Shown here: in pieces, positions 50,519 to 59,955 of the stretch | Layout of the letters: the number at the start of each line of letters is the position of its first letter | How positions within the stretch are numbered: position 1 is the stretch's first letter | NCBI GenBank assembly: GCA_963836205.1 | Contig: CAWIIV010000020.1 | Coordinates: 1-64,000, forward strand | DNA length: 64,000 bases | Source: an uncultured Acidimicrobiia bacterium | Lineage (GTDB): Bacteria; Actinomycetota; Acidimicrobiia; Acidimicrobiales; AC-14 | Reading direction: 5' to 3' | Program-made: the position numbers and the translations under genes | The notes under the pieces: generated by a model | Databases searched by the model: none | The model's input: the letters and a program-made list of their open reading frames with translations, nothing else | Told to the model about the DNA's origin: nothing

Positions 50519-51363
50519 TCAGGCTTCGGCGGCCGGCGGACCGGGCTCGTCGCCGGGCGGGGCCGGCTCGGCCGCCGGCGGGAAGGGCTCGTCGCCGGGA
50601 GGGGCCGCGGCCCTCTCGGCGTCCACCACCGTCTCGACGCCCGCCGCGGTCGTGGCGTCCGTGGCCGTCGTGGTTGCCGCCGCCTCGGTGTCCGCCGCCG
50701 TGGCACCCGCCGCCTTCTTGGCGACCGGTGCCTTCTTCGCCACAGCCGCCTTTTGACCGCCGCCTTCTTGACCGCCGCCTTCTTGACCGCCGCCTTCTTG
50801 ACCGCCGCCTTTGTGGCCGCCGGCGCCTTGCTCACCGCGGCCGCCTTCTTCCCCGCCGGCGCCTTCGCCACGGCCGTCCGAGCGGCAGGCGCCCGCTTTA
50901 CCGGCGGCGCCTCCTCGGCCGTCGACATCTCCGCGGGAGCGTCCTCGACGACCGGCGGAGCGTCCTCGGCATAGGACGGCGCTTCCTCGGCCACGGGCGG
51001 GGCCTCGTCGACGACCGGCGGCGCCTCCTCAGCCATGGGCGGCGTCTCCTCGATCACGGGCGGAGCCGCCTCGGCCATCGGGGGCGGCGGCTCGTCCGGC
51101 CTCCCGCCCGGGAGGTGGACGACCTTTTCGACCCTCTCGACGACCTTGGAGACCGCCTTCTTGGCCGCCCCCTTCTTGGAGGACGCCTGCTTGCCCGCCT
51201 TCTTGGCCGCCTCGACCACGCCGAACTTGGGCCAGGAGACCTGCTCGCCCTTCTTGGCCGCCTTCTTGGCGGTGTCGAAGAAGGCGTCGAGGACCTTCTC
51301 CGCCTCCCGCCTGGCGACTCCGGCTCCCTTGGCCACCTGCTTCACCAACTCGGACTTCTTCAT
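50519..51363 (-). CDS. HU-like N-terminal domain plus acidic Pro repeats and KKAA histone-H1-like tail; frameshift near 50752
   Basis: [11 protein letters not shown]...WPKFG, then no DNA-binding arm; EEAPPV repeats; KKAAV x4. Confidence 0.75.
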
Positions 51364-51365
51364 AG

Positions 51366-52763
51366 TCAGGCAGGATAGAGGCCGTGGTGAACATCCGGTC
51401 GGTGACGACCGCCTTCCTCGTGGCCCTCGCCTTGACCGCCTGTGGCGACAAGGCCGAGCGCACCAACTTCCGTCCGCCCGAGCTCGGCGTGCCCGCGACC
51501 GCGGCCGACATCACCGGCATCTACCGGTCGGTCCACCAGGGACTCCTCCAACTCCGGGACAACGGCGAGCTCAACCTCATCCTTCCCGAAGGACCCGGCG
51601 CCACCACCGGAAGCTTCACCCTCGCCCACGGCGCGGCGACGGTCCGCACCGCCAACTGCGCCGACCAGGTGGGCGCCTACACGATCGAAGTGGTGGCCGG
51701 ACCCATCGTCAGCAAGTCGACCCTCGTCTTCGAGGCGGTCGACGATCCCTGCGCCGAGCGCCAGAAGTACCTCACCATCGACCCCTGGGTCTACGCCGAC
51801 TCCTGAGGGGCCTCGACTCCTGAGGGGCCGACTCCTGAGGGGCCGACTCCTGAGGGGCCGACTCCCCGCCACCGACTCCTGAGGGGCCGACTCCCCCGCC
51901 ACCGACTCCTGAGGGGCCGACTCCCCCGCCACCGACTCCTGAGGGGCCGACTCCCCCGCCACCGACTCCTGAGCGGCCGACTCCCCCGCCACCGACTCCT
52001 GGCCGGCGCCCAGCCGCTCGGCCACCAGCGTGGCCAGATCGTCGAACACGTACTCGGGAGGGTCGTCGATCGGCTCCTCCGCCGTCACCCCGCTCATCAC
52101 GAGGGCGAACGGCACGCGCAGGCGGCGGGCCATGAGCCCGTCGGTCGACGGCCGGTCGCCGACCAGGATCGTCTCCCCCTCGCTCCCCCGCTCGTCCCCG
52201 AGCCGCTCGGCCAGCAGCGTGGCCATGGGCTTGTAGGGCTTGCCCGCCACCTCCGCCTCGACGCCCGCGGCCGCCACCACCGCGGCCAGGATCGCACCCC
52301 CGCCGGGGATGGGGCCGTCGGGCGTGGGATAGGTGGTGTCGTCGTTGGTCCCGATCAGGCGGGCGCCGTGGTGGACGGCGAGGAAGGCGGCCGTCAAACG
52401 GTCGTAGTCGAAGTCCCGGTGGAAGCCGACCACGACCGCGTCGGCGTCGCCGTCCCGGACGACCTCGACGCCCCGGGCCTCGAGCGCCTCCCGCACCCCG
52501 GCTCCGGCGCACAGCAGGGCCGTGCTCCCCGGCTCCAGCAGCGACGCCGCCGCCTGGGCCGACGTGACCACCTCGTCGGCGGTGGCCGGCACGCCCATCC
52601 CCTCCAGCTTGGCCACCAGCTCGGACACGCGGGGACCGGCGTTGTTGGTGAGGAAGATGACTCGGTGCCCAGCCTCACGCAAAGTGGCGATGGCTTCAGT
52701 CGAACCCGGTATCGGTTGCTCCGACAACCACACCACGCCGTCGAGATCGAGAATCCAGGCCAC
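51366..52763 (-). CDS. HAD-IIA hydrolase (NagD-like); core ends near 52000, then reads into the VNTR (true stop uncertain)
   Basis: [23 protein letters not shown]. Confidence 0.88.
   Translation of the reverse strand: MAWILDLDGVVWLSEQPIPGSTEAIATLREAGHRVIFLTNNAGPRVSELVAKLEGMGVPATADEVVTSAQAAASLLEPGSTALLCAGAGVREALEARGVEVVRDGDADAVVVGFHRDFDYDRLTAAFLAVHHGARLIGTNDDTTYPTPDGPIPGGGAILAAVVAAAGVEAEVAGKPYKPMATLLAERLGDERGSEGETILVGDRPSTDGLMARRLRVPFALVMSGVTAEEPIDDPPEYVFDDLATLVAERLGAGQESVAGESAAQESVAGESAPQESVAGESAPQESVAGESAPQESVAGSRPLRSRPLRSRPLRSRGPSGVGVDPGVDGEVLLALGAGIVDRLEDEGRLADDGSGHHFDRVGAHLVGAVGGADRRRAVGEGEASGGGAGSFGKDEVELAVVPELEESLVDRPVDAGDVGRGRGHAELGRTEVGALGLVATGGQGEGHEEGGRHRPDVHHGLYPA
51384..51806 (+). 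CDS. Lipoprotein of unknown function
   Basis: Lipobox LTAC; DDPCAER motif. Confidence 0.75.
   Translation: MVNIRSVTTAFLVALALTACGDKAERTNFRPPELGVPATAADITGIYRSVHQGLLQLRDNGELNLILPEGPGATTGSFTLAHGAATVRTANCADQVGAYTIEVVAGPIVSKSTLVFEAVDDPCAERQKYLTIDPWVYADS
51795..52000. repeat. 15/30-bp VNTR (CCGACTCCTGAGGGG / CCGACTCCCCCGCCA)
   Basis: About 13 half-units sharing CCGACTCC at the convergent gene junction. Confidence 0.92.
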
Positions 52764-52847
52764 GGGAGGCCCCTTTGTAGCAGCCGGCGACGGCCGACCC
52801 CGACGACCCCCGCCGGCGACCCCAGCGACGTCGCGAGTGCCCACGCC

Positions 52848-54749
52848 TCAGCCGGGCACCGCGCCCAGGAAGCGGGCCGCAATCGGCGCCGCCACCTGAC
52901 CGCCCACGCCGCCACCCTCCACCAGCACCGCGAACGCCAGCGAGCCGCGGAAGCCTATGAACCAGGCGTGGGTCTCGGGCGGGTCGGCCCGGCCGAACTC
53001 GGCCGTGCCCGTCTTGCCGGCGACCTCCAGGCCGGCGACGGCCGCGGCCGTGCCGGTGCCGGTGCGCACCACCTCCCGCATGAGGTCGGCCAGGACGGCG
53101 ACCGTCGCCGGCGCCAACACGACCGGCGCCACCGCCACCGCCGACGGCGAACCGGCACCCAGGACGCGGGGCGCCCGCCACGTCCCCGAGGCCACCGCCG
53201 CGGCCACCGAGGCCATGTGGAGGGGGCTGGCCAGCACCCGGCCCTGGCCGATGGCGGACGACGCCCGGTCGGCGGCGTCGCCCGGGTCGGGAAAGTCGCC
53301 CCCCGACGCGCCCACCCCCGCGTCGTAGTCGACGCCGAAGCCGAATCGCGACGCAGCGGCGACCAGATCGGCGTCCGACAGCTCGTCGGCGAGGGTGACG
53401 AATGCGGTGTTGCACGAATGGGCGAAGGCCGTGCGGAAGGGAATGGAGCCGAAGGACTCGTCCTCGAAGTTCTTGAACGGCTTGCCCCCGATGGTGGCCA
53501 AGGGCTCGCAGGCGACGACCGTGTCGGGGCCGATGCCGCTGGCCACCAACGCCTCCGCCGTCACCACCTTGAAGCTCGAACCGGGCGGGTACTGGCCGTC
53601 GAAGGCCCGGTTGAACGCCTCGTCGAGGGGGCGGGCCGACACTGCTCGCACGTCGCCGGTGGCGGCGTCGATGGCCACGATGGCCGCCGGTTCGTCGATG
53701 CCCACCAACGCCTGGTCGGCCGCCTGCTGAACCCGGGGGTCGAGGGTGAGGACCAACGGCTCGGGCGGGGTGCCCGGGAACTGGGCCACGACGGCGACCT
53801 CCACGTCGGAGGCGTCGACGAGGCGAACCTCGCCCGACGGCAGCCCCGCCAGTTGCCGCTCGTAGGCCGCTTCGAGGCCGGACAGCCCGACCTGGTCACC
53901 TGCCTCGTAGGGCGCACCGAGCTGGTCGAGGCGCTCGGCGGTGATCTCGCCCACCCGTCCGAGCAGGTGGAGGGCGAACTCGTCGGTGGGCGTGACCCGG
54001 CCCGAGCCCTGCTGGAAGAAGACCCCGGGCACCGGCTCGAGCACAGCCCGGATCGGCGCGAACCGGTCGCGCTCCACCCGGGAGACGGGGACGAAGTGGC
54101 CGGGCCCGACGCCCGGGTCGTCGAGGGCGGCCGCGACCGCGGCGGGGTCGGTGCCGAGCTGCTGGGTGAGGACCGCCTGGACCTGGGCCAGGTCGAGGAT
54201 GCGATCGGGTTGCAGGCCGACGACGACCGTGTCGCTGGTGGACGCCAGGGTGGCGCCGGCGGCCCCGACGATGGGCGCCCGGGTGGGCCACACCACACCC
54301 AGCCTGAAGCGCAGGTCGGGGCGGAGGGCGGGATGGAGCGACGACGGGTCCCAGGCGATCCGCCAGGCGTCGGCGTCGGCGCCGTCGTCGTCCTGGTCCC
54401 GGCGGACGAGGGCGAGGCGGCCGTCGTACTGAAGCCGGCCGATCCCGCCCACCTCGAGGTCGGCGGTGAACGTGGCCTGCAGCTCGTCGACCAGCACGGT
54501 GCGGAAGGCGGCGCTGGTGACCCGCAGGTCGTCGCGCATGGCCGTGACCGCCTCGGCGAAGCCGGCGGGGGCACCGTCGACGACCACAGCCATGGCCGCG
54601 GGATCGAACCGCTCCCACGCGGCCAGGTAGGTCGACACCTCGGCCGTCGCCAATCGGGGCTCGTCGTCGCCGCGGCTGAGGAAGTACGCCCCGCCTCCGC
54701 CCGCGAGGAGCACGGCGACGATGCCGACGACGAGCAGCTTCCGCCTCAA
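52848..54749 (-). CDS. Penicillin-binding transpeptidase with MecA_N-like domain
   Basis: N-terminal TM; PGSSFK (SxxK), HSCN, GKTGTAE. Confidence 0.92.
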   Translation of the reverse strand: MRRKLLVVGIVAVLLAGGGGAYFLSRGDDEPRLATAEVSTYLAAWERFDPAAMAVVVDGAPAGFAEAVTAMRDDLRVTSAAFRTVLVDELQATFTADLEVGGIGRLQYDGRLALVRRDQDDDGADADAWRIAWDPSSLHPALRPDLRFRLGVVWPTRAPIVGAAGATLASTSDTVVVGLQPDRILDLAQVQAVLTQQLGTDPAAVAAALDDPGVGPGHFVPVSRVERDRFAPIRAVLEPVPGVFFQQGSGRVTPTDEFALHLLGRVGEITAERLDQLGAPYEAGDQVGLSGLEAAYERQLAGLPSGEVRLVDASDVEVAVVAQFPGTPPEPLVLTLDPRVQQAADQALVGIDEPAAIVAIDAATGDVRAVSARPLDEAFNRAFDGQYPPGSSFKVVTAEALVASGIGPDTVVACEPLATIGGKPFKNFEDESFGSIPFRTAFAHSCNTAFVTLADELSDADLVAAASRFGFGVDYDAGVGASGGDFPDPGDAADRASSAIGQGRVLASPLHMASVAAAVASGTWRAPRVLGAGSPSAVAVAPVVLAPATVAVLADLMREVVRTGTGTAAAVAGLEVAGKTGTAEFGRADPPETHAWFIGFRGSLAFAVLVEGGGVGGQVAAPIAARFLGAVPG

Positions 54750-54885
54750 GGTCGACCATTCTGCCCCGCCGGCAGGCCCCTATTGCGGCAATCGCCGGAG
54801 CAGGAAAATGTCGGCGGCAACCGTCGGCGATTGTCTTGGTAGCGTGATTGCCCCGTGGACCACGGGCCTTGGTCGGGAAAAGGGG

Positions 54886-56121
54886 ATGGTCATGAACTGT
54901 TCGAGGCGGCGTACGTCCATCCGGATCGGCATCGTCGTGGCCGCGGTGATCGCGCTCGGTGGTGTGTCTGTCCCACCCGTGACCGCGGCCGCGGCCACCC
55001 AGGTCGTGCTCACCGACGTCACGACGGCGCTCAACGTCGGCGACGTCGACAACCTGTTCGTGGCCCTGCGCGACGGCACCAATGCCAACGACACCGGCTA
55101 CGTGGGCACGGTCACGTTCGTCGCCGACTGCGGGGAGTGCTTCACGATCACGCCCAACAACGGGGGCGGATCGACCCGGGCGTACACGTTCGTGCCCGCC
55201 GACGGCGGCCAGAAGGCGATGGCCCTCACCTGGACCGAAGCCGGCACCCACCTCCTGGCGGTGGCCGCCACCCTCACCGGCGACACGGTCGACACCGACA
55301 GCGTGCCCGGCATCGTCGTGGGGCCGATGCCGACGACCACAACCTCCACCACCTCGTCGACCACCACCACCTCGACCTCCTCCACCTCAACGACGAGCAC
55401 CTCCACGACCACGACCACCACCACCACGACCGTCCCGCCCGCGGGGGCCAACCAGGCCCGGCCCCTCGTGGTGCGGGCCGACACCTGGTACCTGCGCAAC
55501 AGCCAGACCACGGGAAACGCCGACACCGTCTTCGTCTACGGCAACCCCACGGGCGACATCCCCGTCACCGGCGACTGGGACGGCAACGGCTCCGTCACCC
55601 CGGGCATGGTTCGGGGCGACTCGTGGTTCCTGCGCAACGCCAACTCGACGGGTACGGCCGACGCCTCCTTCCTCTACGGCGACCCGGGCGACACGCCCGT
55701 CGTCGGCGACTGGGACGGCAACGGGACGGTGACCGCGGGCGTGGTCCGTGCCGGGACCTGGTACCTGCGCAATTCGAACACCCAGGGCGTGGCCGATCTC
55801 AGCTTTGTCTACGGGAACCCGGGCGACATCCCGGTGGCAGGCGACTGGGACACGACCAAGTCGACCACACCTGGTGTGGTGCGCAACGGCGTGTGGTTCA
55901 TCCGCAATTCGAATACCCAGGGCACGGCCGACGGCAGCTACGGCTACGGCAACGCGGGCGACAAACCGCTGGCCGGCGATTGGGACGGCATCGGGACGAT
56001 GACACCCGGCGTGGTGCGGGGCAGCTCGTGGTTCCTCCGCAACGGCAACACCACCGGCGTCGCCGACGTGACCTTCACCTACGGCAACCCCACCGACACG
56101 CCCCTCCTCTGGCGGCCGTAA
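54886..56121 (+). CDS. Secreted protein: Ig-like domain, Thr/Ser stalk, C-terminal GDWDGNG (FG-GAP-like) repeats
   Basis: Signal peptide; five WYLRNS..G.AD..F.YG..GD.P..GDWD-type repeats (last truncated). Confidence 0.85.
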   Translation: MVMNCSRRRTSIRIGIVVAAVIALGGVSVPPVTAAAATQVVLTDVTTALNVGDVDNLFVALRDGTNANDTGYVGTVTFVADCGECFTITPNNGGGSTRAYTFVPADGGQKAMALTWTEAGTHLLAVAATLTGDTVDTDSVPGIVVGPMPTTTTSTTSSTTTTSTSSTSTTSTSTTTTTTTTTVPPAGANQARPLVVRADTWYLRNSQTTGNADTVFVYGNPTGDIPVTGDWDGNGSVTPGMVRGDSWFLRNANSTGTADASFLYGDPGDTPVVGDWDGNGTVTAGVVRAGTWYLRNSNTQGVADLSFVYGNPGDIPVAGDWDTTKSTTPGVVRNGVWFIRNSNTQGTADGSYGYGNAGDKPLAGDWDGIGTMTPGVVRGSSWFLRNGNTTGVADVTFTYGNPTDTPLLWRP

Positions 56122-56402
56122 CGCCCCTGGCGACGCCGGGTCGGTGCCCAGGCGGAGGTGGATCCAGGGCGGGAGCTCGCTGGTGGCTGCGGCCGGGCAG
56201 GCGCCGGTCGCGCTCGCCCGGGAGTCGACCAGGGCGGCGTCGGCGGTGACTGCCCCGGCGTAGCCCACCGGCGGGTAGAAGTAGGCCTCGGCCCGGGGGT
56301 ATGCGGCGCAGGTGCCTGCGGTGGGGCCGAACCAGATGGACTGGGTGATGGTCGCGGCCACCCGATCTTGCCGCGTCCGCCGCCGACTGCATGACAGTTC
56401 GG

Positions 56403-58679
56403 TCAGTTGTTGAGCAGGTGGGCCGTCGCCCGGCGGCCGGGGAGCTTGACGACCTCGATGGCGTTGGGGAGCTGTTCCTTGATGGCGTTGTCGTGGGTGA
56501 CGACGAGGACCTGGCGGAATCGGTTCTTCAACCGCTCCAGGGCGAGCAGCATCCGCTCCTTGCGCTCGTCGTCGAGGGGGCCGAAGACCTCGTCGAGGAC
56601 GAGCAGCCCGACCGCCCCGCCGGCCTGGAACTGGACCTGCTCGCTCACCGCCACCCGGAGGGCGAGGTTGGCCAGGTCGGTCTCCGAGCCCGAAAAACGG
56701 GTCATCCCGTAGAGGAGCCCGGCGTCGCGCAGTTGGATCTCGTAGGTCTCCGGGTTGACGATGAGCTCGTCGTACTCGTGGTCGGTGAGCTCGGCGAACA
56801 GCGCCCCCGCCTTCTCCGACAGCCGGGGCCCCACCGACGCCACCAGCTCGTTGCGGAAGGCGTTGAGCAGGTCGGCCAGGCGGGCCAGGTGGCGGGCGTC
56901 GTCGCCCAGGCCCGCCAGCCGCTCGTGCTGTTCGAGGGCCTCGGCCAGCCGACGGCCCTCGGCGTCGGCCTTGGCCCGGGCCTGGACGGCCGCCACCCGG
57001 GCGTGGCCGGCGGCGAGGGCGGCCTCGTCGGCGACGGCCCGCTGCCGATCGCGCACCGCGACCGCCTGGGCCACGTCGTCGGGCCGGTAGTCGAGGCCCT
57101 TGGCCTTGGCCCGCAGGTTGTCGAGCCGGCCCTTGCTCTCGTCGGCCGCGGCCCGCTCCACGTCGAGCTCGGCCTTGGCCGTCACCCGCCGTTCGAGGCG
57201 CCCGGCGATGCGTTGGCACTCGTCGGCCGCCTGGCGCCGGCGGTCGACCTCGGCCGCCAGCCGGGCCACCTCCCCCTCCTCGACCGGCTCGCCGTGGGCG
57301 GCCTCGGCCCGGGCCAGGGCCGACTCCGCCTCCGCCCGGCGGGCCCGGGTGGCCTCGTACGCCTTCCACGCATCGCGGGCCAGCTTGAGGTCGATGAGTA
57401 GGGCATTTGCCGCCTCGGCGGCGACGCTGGCCGCGAACCCGGCCCGCCGCCGGTCGAGCTCGGCCTCCACCAGGGCCCCCTCCGCCACCGCCAGCTCGGC
57501 CGCTCGGTGCGCCTGCACCGACTCGAAGGCGTCGCCCAGGGCCTGGCCGCAGAGCGGGCAATCGGCCTCGCCGGTGAGCTCGCCCGAGCGATCGACCGCG
57601 GCCGCGGCCCGCTCCCTCGTGGCGCGGGCCGCGTCGAGCACGGCCTGCACCCGGGACACCTCGGTGCGGGCCACGTCGAGCTCGGCCCGGGCCGCCTCGT
57701 AGCCCTCCTCGTCGGGCGGGGGTGGGTCCTCCGCCGGCGGCAGGTTGGCGACCGCGGCCCGAGCCGCGACCACCGCCTCCACCCGCCGCAGGCGAGCCTC
57801 GGCGTCGCGCCAGCCCTCGGCCTCGGCCTGGAGCGACGCCAGGCGGTTGGCAGCCGCCTCCAGCGCAGCCAGCTCGTCGGCCAGCTTGGCTGCCCCGGCC
57901 AGGGCCCGCTCGAACTCCGCCCGCACCGCCCGCCCCTCGGCCACCAGCTTGTCGTGCTCCTGGCGGACGCCCTCCAGCCGGTCGGCGCTGCGGTGGGCGG
58001 CCTCGAAGTGGACCCGTGCCGTCTCCAGGGCGGTGTCGAGCTCGGACGCCTTCCACTCCAGGGCGGTGGCCATCGACACCGCCTCCTGCAGCTCGGCCTT
58101 GACCCGGCTGAGGTCGGGGAGCATGTCGCGCAGGCGCTCGAACGTGGTGGTGGCCGACCGGGCGTCCTTGCGGGCCAGGTCGCGCGCGCCGTCGAGGGGC
58201 GTGATCCCCAGGAGCTGGAGGACGAGCTTGCGGCGCTCGCTCGGCGGCTGGTCGCTGAAGGCGGCGAGTTGCTTCTGCTCGGCGAAGACGGAGGCCCGGA
58301 AGGCGGCGTCGTCCATTCCCAGGATCGAGTGGACATAGCGGGCGGTGTCGCGGACGCCCTCGGCCACCTGCATCCCGTCGGCGTGGGCCTGGGCCTTCAC
58401 CGTCGAGCCGGCCCCCGCGATCGTGCGCCGGACCAGGTAGAGGTGGCCCTCGTGCTCGAACTCGACCTCGCTGACGCACTCCGACCTGAGGCCGGCGGTG
58501 CGGATCTCGTCGATCGAGGTGCGGGAGCGGCCGAAGAGCGTCCACCGGATCGACTCGACGATCGTGCTCTTGCCCCCTCCGTTGGGCCCGTAGATGCCGA
58601 CCAGCCCCGGCGGGATCTCGAGGTCGAGCGGCTCCTCGTAGACCCGGTAGTTGCGCAGGTGGAGCCGGGTGATGCGCAT
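56403..58679 (-). CDS. sbcC: Rad50/SbcC SMC-like ATPase
   Basis: RITRLHLRNYR, GPNGGGKS, coiled coil, CPLCG zinc hook, FSGSE signature, LDEVFGPLD, VTH. Confidence 0.93.
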   Translation of the reverse strand: MRITRLHLRNYRVYEEPLDLEIPPGLVGIYGPNGGGKSTIVESIRWTLFGRSRTSIDEIRTAGLRSECVSEVEFEHEGHLYLVRRTIAGAGSTVKAQAHADGMQVAEGVRDTARYVHSILGMDDAAFRASVFAEQKQLAAFSDQPPSERRKLVLQLLGITPLDGARDLARKDARSATTTFERLRDMLPDLSRVKAELQEAVSMATALEWKASELDTALETARVHFEAAHRSADRLEGVRQEHDKLVAEGRAVRAEFERALAGAAKLADELAALEAAANRLASLQAEAEGWRDAEARLRRVEAVVAARAAVANLPPAEDPPPPDEEGYEAARAELDVARTEVSRVQAVLDAARATRERAAAAVDRSGELTGEADCPLCGQALGDAFESVQAHRAAELAVAEGALVEAELDRRRAGFAASVAAEAANALLIDLKLARDAWKAYEATRARRAEAESALARAEAAHGEPVEEGEVARLAAEVDRRRQAADECQRIAGRLERRVTAKAELDVERAAADESKGRLDNLRAKAKGLDYRPDDVAQAVAVRDRQRAVADEAALAAGHARVAAVQARAKADAEGRRLAEALEQHERLAGLGDDARHLARLADLLNAFRNELVASVGPRLSEKAGALFAELTDHEYDELIVNPETYEIQLRDAGLLYGMTRFSGSETDLANLALRVAVSEQVQFQAGGAVGLLVLDEVFGPLDDERKERMLLALERLKNRFRQVLVVTHDNAIKEQLPNAIEVVKLPGRRATAHLLNN

Positions 58680-58694
58680 GGTGGGCGGGCCCGC

Positions 58695-59813
58695 CTAGTC
58701 GGCCGCGGACTCGACGGCCCGGGCCAGGTAGTCGTCGCCCATGGTGCGGATGCGGTCGCGGTCGAAGCCGACCAGGTCCTGGCCCTGAACGTACTCGCCC
58801 CACTGGGCGGGCAGCGACTGGAGCTCGGGCAGCTGGGCGTGGCCCTCCGACTCCCGGAACCGGGGCTCCAGCTTCACCAGCAGGGCCTTGGCCGACGCCT
58901 CCCGCACCGCCTCCCGGTCGAGCAGGTGGAACGCCTCCGGCTCGACCTGTTCGAGGTAGAGGCGGGCGACCGCCCCGTTGGGCACCGCCGCCGCCCGTTC
59001 CAACACCGCCGCCTGGACCTCGGCCGGCGATAGCCCGAGGGCGTGCACGGAGGGGAGGGTGACCAGGGGCCGCTGGCCGGTGAGGGCGTGATGGGTGCAC
59101 ACGCCGGTGTCGGTGTCGAGGGTGACGATGCCCTTGGGCTCCTCGGGGCTGTCGGCGAAGGAGAACGTGTCGGTGGACCCGGCGTACCAGATCCCCTTAG
59201 CCACCTCGGTGTGGAAGTGGTAATGCCCGAGGAGGACGAGGTCGGCCTTCAGCTCGGACGCGTCGACCTCGATCTCGTTGATGTCGGCGTGCCGGGGCTC
59301 GACCTGGGGCACCCGGGGGTGGGTGAGCAGGAGGTTGGTGCGGTCGAGGCTGCGGTTGCGGTCGGCGTGGTGGAGGGCCTCGATGGTGTCGGCCACGGTG
59401 AGCATCTGGGGGACGGCGTGGATGGTGAGCCCGGCGAAGTCGAACCGCTCGTACTGGAGGCGGTGGGCGAACTTGACGTCGGTGAACGTGTCGGCCAGGG
59501 CCGAGTAGGGGCTGCCCGTGCCCGGCAGGCGGGGTGTGTCGTGGTTGCCGGTGATCACCACCAGGGGGACGCCGTGGGCCCGCACCCTCGACATGGCCCG
59601 CTGGGCGATGCGGAACGACCGGTAGGTGGGACGGGGATGGTCGAAGATGTCGCCCAGCCACACCACCAGGTCGGGCGCCTGGGCCAGGGCCAGCTCCACG
59701 GCCGCCTCGAACGACTGCTCGAAGTCACGCTCGCGCTGGTTGACCCCTTCGGGCGTGGTGAACGAGTAGTACGACCGCCCGAGGTGGGCGTCGCCCAGGG
59801 CCGCGATCTTCAC
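58695..59813 (-). CDS. sbcD: Mre11/SbcD calcineurin-like nuclease
   Basis: GDAHLG, GDIFD, GNHD, LTH, GHYH, YAGS. Confidence 0.93.
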   Translation of the reverse strand: MKIAALGDAHLGRSYYSFTTPEGVNQRERDFEQSFEAAVELALAQAPDLVVWLGDIFDHPRPTYRSFRIAQRAMSRVRAHGVPLVVITGNHDTPRLPGTGSPYSALADTFTDVKFAHRLQYERFDFAGLTIHAVPQMLTVADTIEALHHADRNRSLDRTNLLLTHPRVPQVEPRHADINEIEVDASELKADLVLLGHYHFHTEVAKGIWYAGSTDTFSFADSPEEPKGIVTLDTDTGVCTHHALTGQRPLVTLPSVHALGLSPAEVQAAVLERAAAVPNGAVARLYLEQVEPEAFHLLDREAVREASAKALLVKLEPRFRESEGHAQLPELQSLPAQWGEYVQGQDLVGFDRDRIRTMGDDYLARAVESAAD

Positions 59814-59833
59814 GCCGCCCGCCCCCTCGAACT

Positions 59834-59942
59834 GGTGACGAAAGTGGTGGCCAGGGCAACCGAAAACGTCACCGGTTCGGGGTTGCGTCGCCAACAGGTG
59901 ACGATTTTGGTGGCCAGGGCAACCGAAAACGACACCGGTTCG
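59834..59942. repeat. Two 46-bp palindromic REP-like units (63-bp period)
   Basis: GGTGACGA...TGGTGGCC-AG-GGCAACCGAAAACG.CACCGGTTCG at 59834 and 59897. Confidence 0.85.
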
Positions 59943-59955
59943 AAGGTCGGGCGCA

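Noticed and set aside
1-52000. Many frameshifted genes (MFS, dipeptidase, LAETG protein, tldE, DUF3291, HU-like, nagD tail) as pseudogenes or programmed frameshifts
   Set aside because: Single-base indels, several in G/C runs or repeats, with otherwise intact coding on both sides; most consistent with long-read assembly errors, needs read check
51795-52000. CRISPR or iteron array
   Set aside because: Simple 15/30-bp tandem repeat without spacers; no rep gene
56121-56400. Short protein-like stretch (TITQSIWFGP...PPWIHLRLG) downstream of sbcC
   Set aside because: No clear start, SD or recognisable domain; may be a fragment, unsupported
55387-59100. 1237-aa ORF and other long Arg/Gly/Pro-rich ORFs (e.g. 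42078-44912, 26918-29158)
   Set aside because: Shadow or alternate frames of real genes in high-GC DNA; 42078-44912 merely joins frameshifted pieces of tldE and DUF3291
59834-59942. Mini-CRISPR (46-bp repeats, 17-bp spacer) beside nuclease/helicase genes
   Set aside because: Only two imperfect copies, spacer too short, and neighbours are HerA/Mre11 rather than Cas
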